From: Candidatus Fraserbacteria bacterium
Lineage (GTDB): Bacteria; Bipolaricaulota; Bipolaricaulia; RBG-16-55-9; DRXL01
Direction: 5' to 3'
Length of the DNA stretch: 64,000 bases
Assembly: GCA_947085185.1 (NCBI GenBank)
Contig: CAMTVK010000019.1
Coordinates: forward strand, 1-64,000
Shown in pieces: positions 57,101 through 64,000 of the stretch. The position numbers were made by a program, and so were the translations under genes. The first letter of the stretch is position 1, and each line of letters starts with the position of its first letter. The notes beneath the pieces were generated by a model that saw nothing but the letters and a program-made list of their open reading frames with translations, was not told where the DNA came from and ran no database searches.

Positions 57101-57609
57101 TCAGCTCTGTACGGATCTTCTTGACGGATGCGACGGGCAAGACTCGCGAGCAACGTACGGATCTTGATGGGCGCTTCGCGTTCAGCGAGCTGCTTTCGGG
57201 AAGGTACACGGTCGCTCTCGACGTGCGCAGTCTTCCGGAGAATTTTGTGCCGACGACCCCGGCAGAAGTCGTGGTGGAGCTGCGCCCCCAGGAGCAGATC
57301 ACTGTGAACTTTGGGGCAGCTGAGCGCGAGAAGATCGTGAAATTCCCGCCGGTGGCAGAGTTCACGTTCTCCCCGCCACGCCCCACTGTGGGCCAGACCG
57401 TGACTTTTGACGCTTCAGAATCGTTCGATCCTGATGGACAGATCGTCAAGTATGAATGGGACTTTGAGAGCGACGGGACGATAGACGCTCAAGGGGTTGT
57501 AGTCGAGCACGTCTTCACCCAAGCGGGGACATTCACGGTGACGCTGAGTGTGACAGATAACGATGGCCAGACAAGCACGGCACGAAAGACCATCACGGTG
57601 AGGCCGTGA
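54118..57609 (+). CDS. Large exported mosaic protein, usher-like (NEW3/Ig x2, beta-rich core, SdrD-B-like x2, PKD)
   Basis: VKNTG, VRNTGNVPD; GFVFIDTNKN..RD, GLVFHDENRNG; C-terminal FDASESFDPDG..YEWDF..LSVTDNDG. Confidence 0.7.
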   Translation: MHKRAINIIGLITVGWSWLGTGQVMITPPAAPPIAGPGDALTLPFHVKNTGPERDMFEFSLEMSAGLEPLGTPEPVELDPNAAETVFVSVFVSTKARAGEGSVTLKARSRKNPSLTGQATVIVTVRASPGLALSAPPAKTVEPGRADSLVFIVRNTGNVPDRVAFSTQTTGALKAQAPTDEIPLDVGERREVRVEISVPKGAPPVRQRVTLTALSKKFPNVSAEATAVLEILPPLPQEVGGSLFLTIPSEVQFQFDGQTGATLGAFITITERGGVLVPEPPAVRLDVGGTLTVNNTSPVAITVTVSDGRPPVSIPSGGSSSFAFPVSGIFTVTFSNGALISSVGFVTVHDIIFRQRLRGGGGTSPLSTQQNVLTRDARYAWPRREPSERFQEISYLLDIQNLFELNALFFALDGSPLGVTLGDLYLPVGVLATLAGRGGQLIVHPGIFSTRLSLSATAGRRALPELAFLITDDPAELPSAGVVSLNQPVRFRNVGLLPHTVTIAGSGTITLAPGQSFVYLFSTIGQITVTIDTTPVVFLVIAEAFCSASFLFCLGAEGQGSPIPGVTVGQTALFGYTPSPSLTTTLINRVRWQIPGGSATTVEGGLTWQNGTLLDSALRASSELRFGDFFVVAEFLRAGRDFVGDRRDEQSIQIFQAFSSTNFSVGLSFGRSHNNVNADPLQQTLTRQDARAALRLKISEVLPTIKLATAYSTLVGTGPLPPTDIARFSITAQATQPIGQLGDISVFTEQARIINAVAGTDIGFGTVGSDFSLRLTELRASLRFEHRSEVDLLSSALLSRTLIASAGMELVRRPFGVRLGITRFAQRTDLSVGLQAQLGIAELFFSSLIGLLDLGGADFSFALAFLVRFDAPIPFLVVKGQVEGFVFIDTNKNTQRDPNETGPKDLILTLGNEKARTDARGFFRFPPMPTGTYELKIEKLPLGIIVKTELPKKIQIVAGQTLKIEVPLAQVAVIEGLVFHDENRNGQVDSSEQGLSSVRIFLTDATGKTREQRTDLDGRFAFSELLSGRYTVALDVRSLPENFVPTTPAEVVVELRPQEQITVNFGAAEREKIVKFPPVAEFTFSPPRPTVGQTVTFDASESFDPDGQIVKYEWDFESDGTIDAQGVVVEHVFTQAGTFTVTLSVTDNDGQTSTARKTITVRP

Positions 57610-58149
57610 TCACGAGATCTGCCGCAACAGCTTCCGTACCCGATAGAAATACTCAGCCCCGGAGATCACCGTCACGGCCACGACGATAGGAACGAGAATA
57701 TCTTTTATGCCCGCGACGTCCCAACGGAACGCCCCTTGGCCAAGTAACACCAAGACCAGCCCAATCTGCGAGATCGTCTTGAGCTTGCCCCAGATACTTG
57801 CCCCAAGCACCATCCCTTGAGTGCTGATCACCGTGCGCAACCCCGTCACTAAAAACTCTCGCGCAATAATAATAATCACGGGAATCGCGGAGATCTGCTG
57901 CAACTGCACATACGCTAAAAGCACCGAGATAATCAAGAGCTTATCCGCGATAGGATCGGCAAATTTCCCCAAGTTTGTCTCGTCAGAGCGGCGACGCGCC
58001 AGATAGCCGTCGAGCGCATCGGTCATCGCAGCAAAACCAAAGAGCGCCAGCGCGATCAGCGCGTTCTGCGCCCCGGGAACGAGCACAAAATAGAGAATCG
58101 CCGGAATCAGCGCGATGCGCAGCAGCGTGATCCCATTGGGCCAGTTCAT
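57610..58149 (-). CDS. pgsA: CDP-diacylglycerol-glycerol-3-phosphate 3-phosphatidyltransferase
   Basis: PN.IT..R, TDALDGYLAR, GKFADPIADK, GKLKT. Confidence 0.95.
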   Translation of the reverse strand: MNWPNGITLLRIALIPAILYFVLVPGAQNALIALALFGFAAMTDALDGYLARRRSDETNLGKFADPIADKLLIISVLLAYVQLQQISAIPVIIIIAREFLVTGLRTVISTQGMVLGASIWGKLKTISQIGLVLVLLGQGAFRWDVAGIKDILVPIVVAVTVISGAEYFYRVRKLLRQIS

Positions 58150-58175
58150 AGGGCTATTGTAAAGTGACGGCGCAG

Positions 58176-58934
58176 CTAGAGCAACCGCCCACAAAACTCT
58201 CTCAGAGCTTCTGTGACCGCCTGGGGCTGCTCCACCATCACCATGTGTCCGGCACGTTCTATGATTTCTAAGTGGGCATTGGGGATATGATGCTGAAGAT
58301 ACTCAGAATACTTGACTGGGGTGAGCTTGTCCTCCCGCCCGCAGAGTATGAGTGTGGGCACGGCGATCTCCGAGAGTCGCGCCATGACGTCGAATGCGTT
58401 ACAGCTTGAGAAATCACGAAAGAGCGTGGCCGCCCCGTTGCGATGCATCTGGTGGCGGGCTCGCTCGTGAAGCTCTGTGGGGCTCTGCTCCGCGAAGGCC
58501 CATCGAATGACGAGCTCGATCGCGTGCTCAAAGTCCGTCTGGCAGAGCTCGAGAATCTGTGGGTGGACTGTAAGCTTCGCTCCAGTGCCGACAAGCCCTA
58601 AGCCCGCAAGATTCTGAGGGCGCTCGAGCCCAACTGTAAGGGCGATCGCCCCGCCCATTGAGTGTCCGACGACGACCGTGGGCAGAGCCAGAGCTTTGAG
58701 CACCGCGAGCACATCTTCGACATAAGTATGCAGCCCGTCACCCTGGCGGGCAGGGCTGCGCCCGTGGCCGTTGAGATCCACAGCTGCGACCGAAAAATCT
58801 TGGGCAAGCTCGCGCAACTGCTCCCCCCAGATGGTGTGATCCCCACCGGCACCATGCACAAAGAGCAGCGCGGGCTGGCCCTGCCCCGCCTGTGCATAAT
58901 AGAGCTCTTGGTGAAAGACTGTGATCGTGGGCAC
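58176..58934 (-). CDS. Alpha/beta fold hydrolase
   Basis: HGAGG, GHSMGG, D..TP, AGH. Confidence 0.93.
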   Translation of the reverse strand: MPTITVFHQELYYAQAGQGQPALLFVHGAGGDHTIWGEQLRELAQDFSVAAVDLNGHGRSPARQGDGLHTYVEDVLAVLKALALPTVVVGHSMGGAIALTVGLERPQNLAGLGLVGTGAKLTVHPQILELCQTDFEHAIELVIRWAFAEQSPTELHERARHQMHRNGAATLFRDFSSCNAFDVMARLSEIAVPTLILCGREDKLTPVKYSEYLQHHIPNAHLEIIERAGHMVMVEQPQAVTEALREFCGRLL

Positions 58935-59284
58935 TACAGATGCGCCTTGGCCGTCTCGACCAACGTGTCGAACGCCTTGGGGTCGTGAATAGCAATCTCA
59001 GCGAGCATCTTCCGATTGAGCTGGATGCCCGCTTTTGCGAGCCCATTCATGAACCGAGAGTACGGCAGCCCACGAGCCCGCGCTGCGGCGTTGATGCGAA
59101 TGTTCCAAAGTCTGCGAAAATCGCGCTTGCGCAGCTTGCGACTGATATACGCATTGCGCAGCGCGTGCATCACGCGCTCTTTCGCAATGCGAAAGCACGT
59201 GCGGCGCTTGCCCTTAAACCCCTTGGCGAGCTCTAAGATCCTCTTGCGCCGTTCTAGTCGCTTGTTTCCGCCTTTCACACGCAT
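58934..59284 (-). CDS. rplT: 50S ribosomal protein L20
   Basis: [30 protein letters not shown]. Confidence 0.97.
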   Translation of the reverse strand: MRVKGGNKRLERRKRILELAKGFKGKRRTCFRIAKERVMHALRNAYISRKLRKRDFRRLWNIRINAAARARGLPYSRFMNGLAKAGIQLNRKMLAEIAIHDPKAFDTLVETAKAHL

Positions 59285-59304
59285 GGAGATTCTCCTCTGT
59301 GTCG

Positions 59305-59499
59305 CTAGCTTGAGAGCAAGTCTTGAAAGGTCTTAGCCAAAGTTGAGGGCACTTGAAAGCCTCGGCGGGCTTGGCGCTTGCGATTGGGACTGCGCTTCAC
59401 CAGCTTATGGTGATACCCCGCCGTCGCGCCAAGCACCTTCTTGTTACGCGTGACTTTAAAGCGCTTGGCGATCCCCTTGTGCGTCTTCTTCTTGGGCAT
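59305..59499 (-). CDS. rpmI: 50S ribosomal protein L35
   Basis: [15 protein letters not shown]. Confidence 0.95.
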   Translation of the reverse strand: MPKKKTHKGIAKRFKVTRNKKVLGATAGYHHKLVKRSPNRKRQARRGFQVPSTLAKTFQDLLSS

Positions 59500-60061
59500 C
59501 CTTAGGACCTCCTGTGTCGTAGTCTAGAGATCGTTCTGGGGCAGACTTCGCTCCCTTCCCCGGTACCAGGAGCATCTGCAAAGACCGACCGCGTTCTTTG
59601 GGATATTGTTCGACGCGACCGATGTCCGCCGTCTCTCGAGCGATGCGCTCCAAGAGCTCGCGCCCGCGGTTGATGTGGACGATCTCGCGCCCGCGGAAGA
59701 TCACCGTCACTCGGACCTTGTTCTCCGACTTCAAAAACTCGCGAATGTGCCGGAGCTTCGTCTCGAAGTCGTGCTTTTCGATCTGGGTCGTCATACGGAT
59801 CTCTTTGAGCTTGCCGCCTTTAGGGCGCTTCTTCTCGCGCTTCTCTTGACGATAACGATACTTCCCGAAATTAACAAACTTACAGACGACTGGGGTCGCC
59901 TGCGGAGCCACCTCGACCAGATCGAGATTTCGGCTGCGCGCTTGCTTGATCGCTTCGGCGAGCGGCATGATGCCTAACTGCTCGCCGTTCTCGTCAATGA
60001 CTCGAACTTCCTGGGCACGAATCTCTTCGTTCTTGCGAATCCGACTATAAGGTCCGGCGAT
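59456..60061 (-). CDS. infC: Translation initiation factor IF-3 (probable ATC start)
   Basis: NEEIRA.EVRVI, LDLVEVAP, FRGRE; GAGGAGG SD before ATC. Confidence 0.93.
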   Translation of the reverse strand: MAGPYSRIRKNEEIRAQEVRVIDENGEQLGIMPLAEAIKQARSRNLDLVEVAPQATPVVCKFVNFGKYRYRQEKREKKRPKGGKLKEIRMTTQIEKHDFETKLRHIREFLKSENKVRVTVIFRGREIVHINRGRELLERIARETADIGRVEQYPKERGRSLQMLLVPGKGAKSAPERSLDYDTGGPKDAQEEDAQGDRQAL

Positions 60062-60132
60062 AGACGACCTCCTCCTCAAAAAGACAGTTTAAAGCGAAAC
60101 GTGACAAGTTGCAAGTTGCCACGGCCATCTAG

Positions 60133-60205
60133 CGCTCCCAAGGGGATTCGAACCCCTGTTTCCGGCTTGAGAGACCAGCGTCCTGGGCCGCTAGACGATG
60201 GGAGC
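60133..60205 (-). tRNA. tRNA-Glu(CTC), CCA not encoded
   Basis: GCTCCCATCGTCTAGCGGCCCAGGACGCTGGT-CTCTCAA-GCCGGAAACAGGGGTTCGAATCCCCTTGGGAGCG cloverleaf. Confidence 0.95.
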
Positions 60206-60217
60206 GAAAGCGCCTTG

Positions 60218-60246
60218 AGTGTAACAAATCTTGGAGAAATCGTCAA
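60218..60246 (-). promoter_or_regulatory. sigma70 promoter of tRNA-Glu/infC
   Basis: TTGACG-N17-TACACT on the minus strand. Confidence 0.7.
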
Positions 60247-60297
60247 GCAGTCCTTATTGCCTTGGCCGCGGTATTGCTCTACAATAAGCCGAAGTTT

Positions 60298-61884
60298 ATG
60301 TACCCTTCACGCCGGAGCCCGCTGATCGCTCAACGAGGCGTCGTAGCCACGAGCCATCCTTTGGCTGTCCAAGCCGGGATTGAGATGCTCCGCCGCGGCG
60401 GCACCGCCGTGGACGCCGCGATCGCTACAGCGATCACGCTCACGGTCGTCGAGCCGACTTCCAATGGGATCGGCAGCGACGCGTTTGCCATCGTGTGGGA
60501 TGGGCAGAGACTGCATGGACTGAACGGTTCCGGGCGCGCCCCTCGCGCGCTCACGCTCCAAGCCGTCAGAGCGCTCGGCCACGAGACGATGCCTACACGC
60601 GGATGGCTCCCCGTCACCGTGCCGGGCGCCCCGGCAGCCTGGCGCGATCTCCACCGACGCTTTGGGAGATTGCGCTTTACAGAGCTTTTTGAGCCCGCGA
60701 TCTTCTATGCCGAGCACGGCTCTCCCGTCTCGCCCATCGTGGCTCAGTATTGGGAGCATGCCGTTCGAGCCTATGCCGAGCTGAAAGGCCCAGAGTTTGT
60801 CGCCTGGCATCAGACGTTTGCGCCGGGAGGGCACGCCCCTGGCGCCGGGGAGATCTTTGCCCTTCCCGATCACGCCCACACGCTCCGTGCCCTTGCCCAG
60901 TCCTATTGCGAGGCGTTCTATCACGGCGAGTTGGCGCAAAAGCTCGTGCGCTTTGCCCACCAGACCGGCGGGTTCCTCTCAGAAAGAGATCTCCAAGAGC
61001 ACACAAGCACGTGGGTCGAGCCGATCAAGACTGCGTATCGAGATTATGAAGTCTGGGAGATCCCCCCGAATACTCAGGGGATCATCACCCTGATCGGGCT
61101 CAATATCTTAGAGGGCTTCGAGCTCGCCCGATATCCCCGCGACACGGCCGAGTCCTTTCATCTCCAGATCGAAGCGTTAAAGCTTGCGTTTGCCGACGGG
61201 CTGCGATATATCGCTGACCCGCAGTTTGCTGCCGTACCCACAGAAAAATTATTGAGCAAAGCATACGCCGCCCAGCGCCGCGCGTTGATCTCAGACAAAG
61301 CTCTCATCCCCCAGCCGGGAGATAGATACTCTGGCGGGACCGTCTATCTCTGCACCGCTGATAGCAGCGGCATGATGGTCAGCTTCATCCAGTCCAATTA
61401 TATGGGCTTTGGCTCTGGGATCGTCGTCCCCGGGACGGGGATCGCCTTGCAGAATCGCGGGGCATGCTTCTCGCTGGACCCCAAACACCCAAACTCTCTG
61501 GAGCCGGGCAAGCGCCCCTATCACACGATCATCCCCGGATTCCTTACCAAAGACGGTCAAGCTCTCGGGCCGTTTGGGGTCATGGGCGGATTCATGCAGC
61601 CCCAAGGACATATTCAGATGATCGTCAACACGGTAGACTATCGCATGGACCCCCAGGTGAGCTTAGACGCCCCGCGCTGGCAGTGGATCCAATCCCAAGA
61701 AGTCGAGATCGAGTCCGACGCCGACCCCAAGATCATTGAGGGCTTACGCGCCCGGGGGCATGACGTCAGAGTCCGCGAGCCAGGCGGACACTTCGGGCGC
61801 GGGCAAATTCTCTGGCGTTTGCCGTCAGGAGCGTACATCGCCGGCAGCGACAAGCGTGCCGATGGCTACGCCGCGGGGATCTGA
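60298..61884 (+). CDS. ggt: Gamma-glutamyltransferase family protein
   Basis: GGTAVDAAIA, PVTVPG, GTVYL (Thr nucleophile), KRPYHTIIP, GG.MQPQGH. Confidence 0.95.
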   Translation: MYPSRRSPLIAQRGVVATSHPLAVQAGIEMLRRGGTAVDAAIATAITLTVVEPTSNGIGSDAFAIVWDGQRLHGLNGSGRAPRALTLQAVRALGHETMPTRGWLPVTVPGAPAAWRDLHRRFGRLRFTELFEPAIFYAEHGSPVSPIVAQYWEHAVRAYAELKGPEFVAWHQTFAPGGHAPGAGEIFALPDHAHTLRALAQSYCEAFYHGELAQKLVRFAHQTGGFLSERDLQEHTSTWVEPIKTAYRDYEVWEIPPNTQGIITLIGLNILEGFELARYPRDTAESFHLQIEALKLAFADGLRYIADPQFAAVPTEKLLSKAYAAQRRALISDKALIPQPGDRYSGGTVYLCTADSSGMMVSFIQSNYMGFGSGIVVPGTGIALQNRGACFSLDPKHPNSLEPGKRPYHTIIPGFLTKDGQALGPFGVMGGFMQPQGHIQMIVNTVDYRMDPQVSLDAPRWQWIQSQEVEIESDADPKIIEGLRARGHDVRVREPGGHFGRGQILWRLPSGAYIAGSDKRADGYAAGI

Positions 61885-61885
61885 T

Positions 61886-61935
61886 TTGACAGCGCTCTCA
61901 ATCTTTGATAATATACAGACCGACCAGTCGGTCTG
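61886..61935 (+). promoter_or_regulatory. Promoter plus perfect palindromic operator
   Basis: TTGACA-N17-TAATAT; CAGACCGAC-ca-GTCGGTCTG at 61916-61935. Confidence 0.8.
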
Positions 61936-61937
61936 CT

Positions 61938-62531
61938 ATGAGAGATAAAGAAGCCACACGCGAGCGCATCTTACAAGCGGCCGAGCAGCTCTTTGCTGAG
62001 AAGGGCTTTCATGAGACGGCCATGGACGAGATCGTCCAGGTCTCACAAGTCTCCAAGGGCGGCCTGTATTTTCACTTCTCTAGCAAAGAGGCGCTCTACT
62101 TTGCTCTGCTCGATCGGCTCGCTGAGAGCTTACAACGCGACGTCTCTCAAGAGATTGTGCGCCGGCGCGGCGCGGTCGAGAAAGTCCAAGGAGCTTTAGA
62201 AGTCGTCCTCAAACACCTCGCGAGCAAGCGCCGCTTAGCACAGATTCTCTTACGGCACGGCTATGGGCTGGGGCCAAGCTTCGAGCGCAAGCGCTTAGAG
62301 ATTTATGGTCGGTTCGCTCGGCTCATCAGCGAGCACTTGGACCGAGCTGTAGCTGCTGGCTCGATTCCCCCTATCGATACGGAGATCACGGCGTATGCCT
62401 GGCTGGGCGCGATCAACGAGCTCATAGTGCGCTGGGTCTATACGGGGGAGCCGGACCCTCTGGAGCAATCGCTGCCGGTGCTGACAACGCTCTTTTTGCG
62501 CAGCATCGGTACGAGACAGAATTCACTATAA
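61938..62531 (+). CDS. TetR/AcrR family regulator
   Basis: RILQAAEQLFAEKGF, VSKGGLYFHFSSKEAL. Confidence 0.95.
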   Translation: MRDKEATRERILQAAEQLFAEKGFHETAMDEIVQVSQVSKGGLYFHFSSKEALYFALLDRLAESLQRDVSQEIVRRRGAVEKVQGALEVVLKHLASKRRLAQILLRHGYGLGPSFERKRLEIYGRFARLISEHLDRAVAAGSIPPIDTEITAYAWLGAINELIVRWVYTGEPDPLEQSLPVLTTLFLRSIGTRQNSL

Positions 62532-62548
62532 CTTAAAGGAGGCCATCT

Positions 62549-63805
62549 ATGCTCTCACGGCGGGATTTTCTGCGAGCGAGCGTTGGGGCGACTGTAGCAG
62601 TCTGGATGTGGGGTGGCTCGGGTGAATCTCAAGCGCAGCCTATTCGAATCGGGCATCAGCTAGACCGAACCGGCGCGGTGGCGCTCTTTGGCCGCTGGCA
62701 CAATCGCGCTCTTGACGCTGCTATCAGATTAGTCAACAAGCAGCACGGCATCAACGGCCGCCCTGTCGAACTGGTGAACTCCGAGGACTCCCAAACCAAG
62801 CCCGACGTCGGCAAAGACGAGTTCGAAAAGTTGGTCACGCAAAAGAGAGCGGACTTTGTCATCGGCTCGGTCTTCTCCGGGACGAATATCGCGACGGCTC
62901 CGTTAGCAAAAACGCTGAAGACCGTCTACTTTCCCCAGGGGATCGCGACCGACATCACGGAACGATTTGGGAATCGCTATACTTTCAAGAGCTATCACAC
63001 CGTGCGAGCGGCCATCGAAGCTGCGCACGAGTGGGTCTTTGCCAATCTGGGCAAGCGCTTTACGATCGTGCACTCCGTGATAGACTTGGGGCGCTCCCAA
63101 GCTGAAGACTGGACGGAGAAGATCAAGGCAGCCGGCGGCACAGTCGAGCGGATTCCCGTTCCCTTCCCCGCCCCAACGGATCTCTTCTCCATTATTCAGA
63201 AGATAGATCTCTCCAAGACCGATGTGCTCTATCATGCGTTCACGGCGGTCGAGACCGCACGCTTCCTGCAAGCCGCGCTCGATCAGAACCTCCAAGCCAC
63301 AGTCAAAATCTTGGGATTGATCGAGGGCATAGATATTCTGAGCACGGCCGATCCGTCTCTAGAAGGGACGTACTTTATCTCCGGGTATCCTCGACGTGCC
63401 GATCAGGTCCCGGAAGAGCTGCGCGACTTCGATCGAGAGTATCGTCGTCATGTGGGGATCACTCTTGATGGGTTTTCTGTAGAAAATCCCCGTGAGGTCG
63501 TCCCGATCGCCGATCTCTTTGGGTCGTGGCAGGCGGTCTTCTTGATCAAGCAAGCCGCCGAGCTCGTGAACTGGCGCAGTAAATCAGATACTCCCGCGCT
63601 CATCAGGGCGCTCGAAGGGCTGACCATGCCGGCAAGCGTGAACTTCCCCCAAGGGGCTCAGTTTCTGAGAGCCCAAGATCACTTGGTCTTCCACGATCAC
63701 TATATAGAGAAAGTCGAGGGTGGGCAGCTTACAGTCTTGGCGCGCCTCCCCAAAGAAAAGTCGCTCTACAAGACGAACGCCGATTACACCAAAGAAGAGT
63801 TCTGA
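62549..63805 (+). CDS. LivK-like ABC substrate-binding protein with Tat signal
   Basis: SRRDFL, IRIG, GINGRPVEL...D. Confidence 0.85.
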   Translation: MLSRRDFLRASVGATVAVWMWGGSGESQAQPIRIGHQLDRTGAVALFGRWHNRALDAAIRLVNKQHGINGRPVELVNSEDSQTKPDVGKDEFEKLVTQKRADFVIGSVFSGTNIATAPLAKTLKTVYFPQGIATDITERFGNRYTFKSYHTVRAAIEAAHEWVFANLGKRFTIVHSVIDLGRSQAEDWTEKIKAAGGTVERIPVPFPAPTDLFSIIQKIDLSKTDVLYHAFTAVETARFLQAALDQNLQATVKILGLIEGIDILSTADPSLEGTYFISGYPRRADQVPEELRDFDREYRRHVGITLDGFSVENPREVVPIADLFGSWQAVFLIKQAAELVNWRSKSDTPALIRALEGLTMPASVNFPQGAQFLRAQDHLVFHDHYIEKVEGGQLTVLARLPKEKSLYKTNADYTKEEF

Positions 63806-63806
63806 T

Positions 63807-64000
63807 TTGCTCTTGCTTGCGCTTCTTAATGGGCTGGTGTGGGGGTGTCTGTGGGCGCTGCTGGCGCTCGGGCTGGCGCTCATCTATGGGACGCTTGGGA
63901 TACTCAATCTCTCTCACGGCGCGTTCTACATGGTGGGGGCGTTGCTGGGCTGGCTGCTGACTCCGGCCCTCGGTTTCTGGGGAGCTCTGGTGGTGGCCCC
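63807..64000 (+). CDS. livH: Branched-chain amino acid ABC permease LivH (partial, runs off window)
   Basis: Hand translation LLNGLVWG..ALLALGLALIYGTLGILNLSHGAFYMVGA. Confidence 0.85.
   Translation, partial: MLLLALLNGLVWGCLWALLALGLALIYGTLGILNLSHGAFYMVGALLGWLLTPALGFWGALVVA

Noticed and set aside
60101..60325. 74-aa ORF and a possible tRNA-anchored island
   Set aside because: The ORF is the antisense of tRNA-Glu; no duplicated tRNA 3' end or integrase was seen

Overview
A GC-rich bacterial chromosomal segment. Gene content and protein style (diderm-type beta-barrel proteins, an FlgD/T9SS-CTD-like domain, an ARC-type proteasome ATPase, archaeal-like enzymes) suggest Bipolaricaulota (Acetothermia/OP1); this is an inference. 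Most of the window is housekeeping: rplM, apgM, yebC, dcd, yajC-secDF, glnA, dinG, a thiolase, csp, pepF, hutU, ftsW-murG-murC-murB-ftsQ-ftsA-ftsZ, lspA-tmk-dnaN, fadD, mutS2, HU, pgsA, tRNA-Glu-infC-rpmI-rplT, ggt and TetR-livK-livH. Accessory DNA includes three IS481-family remnants, two DUF433/DUF5615 toxin-antitoxin pairs (one bracketed by identical 41-bp WD40-gene ends), a HicB remnant, REP-like palindromes, and an IS-bracketed pair of secreted genes (Cys-rich precursor plus HEXXH peptidase). The best candidate for an undescribed system is 51.3-57.6 kb. There a c-di-GMP-I riboswitch, whose predicted P1 covers the ribosome-binding site of a pilin/WxL-like gene, is followed by a ribbon-helix-helix/MshEN-like fusion regulator, a chaperone-like protein with an archaeal-type dockerin, and a mosaic usher-like protein. 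This reads as a surface-structure locus possibly under two layers of c-di-GMP control. No CRISPR array or rRNA was seen. All protein family calls are by-eye motif recognition; no searches were run.
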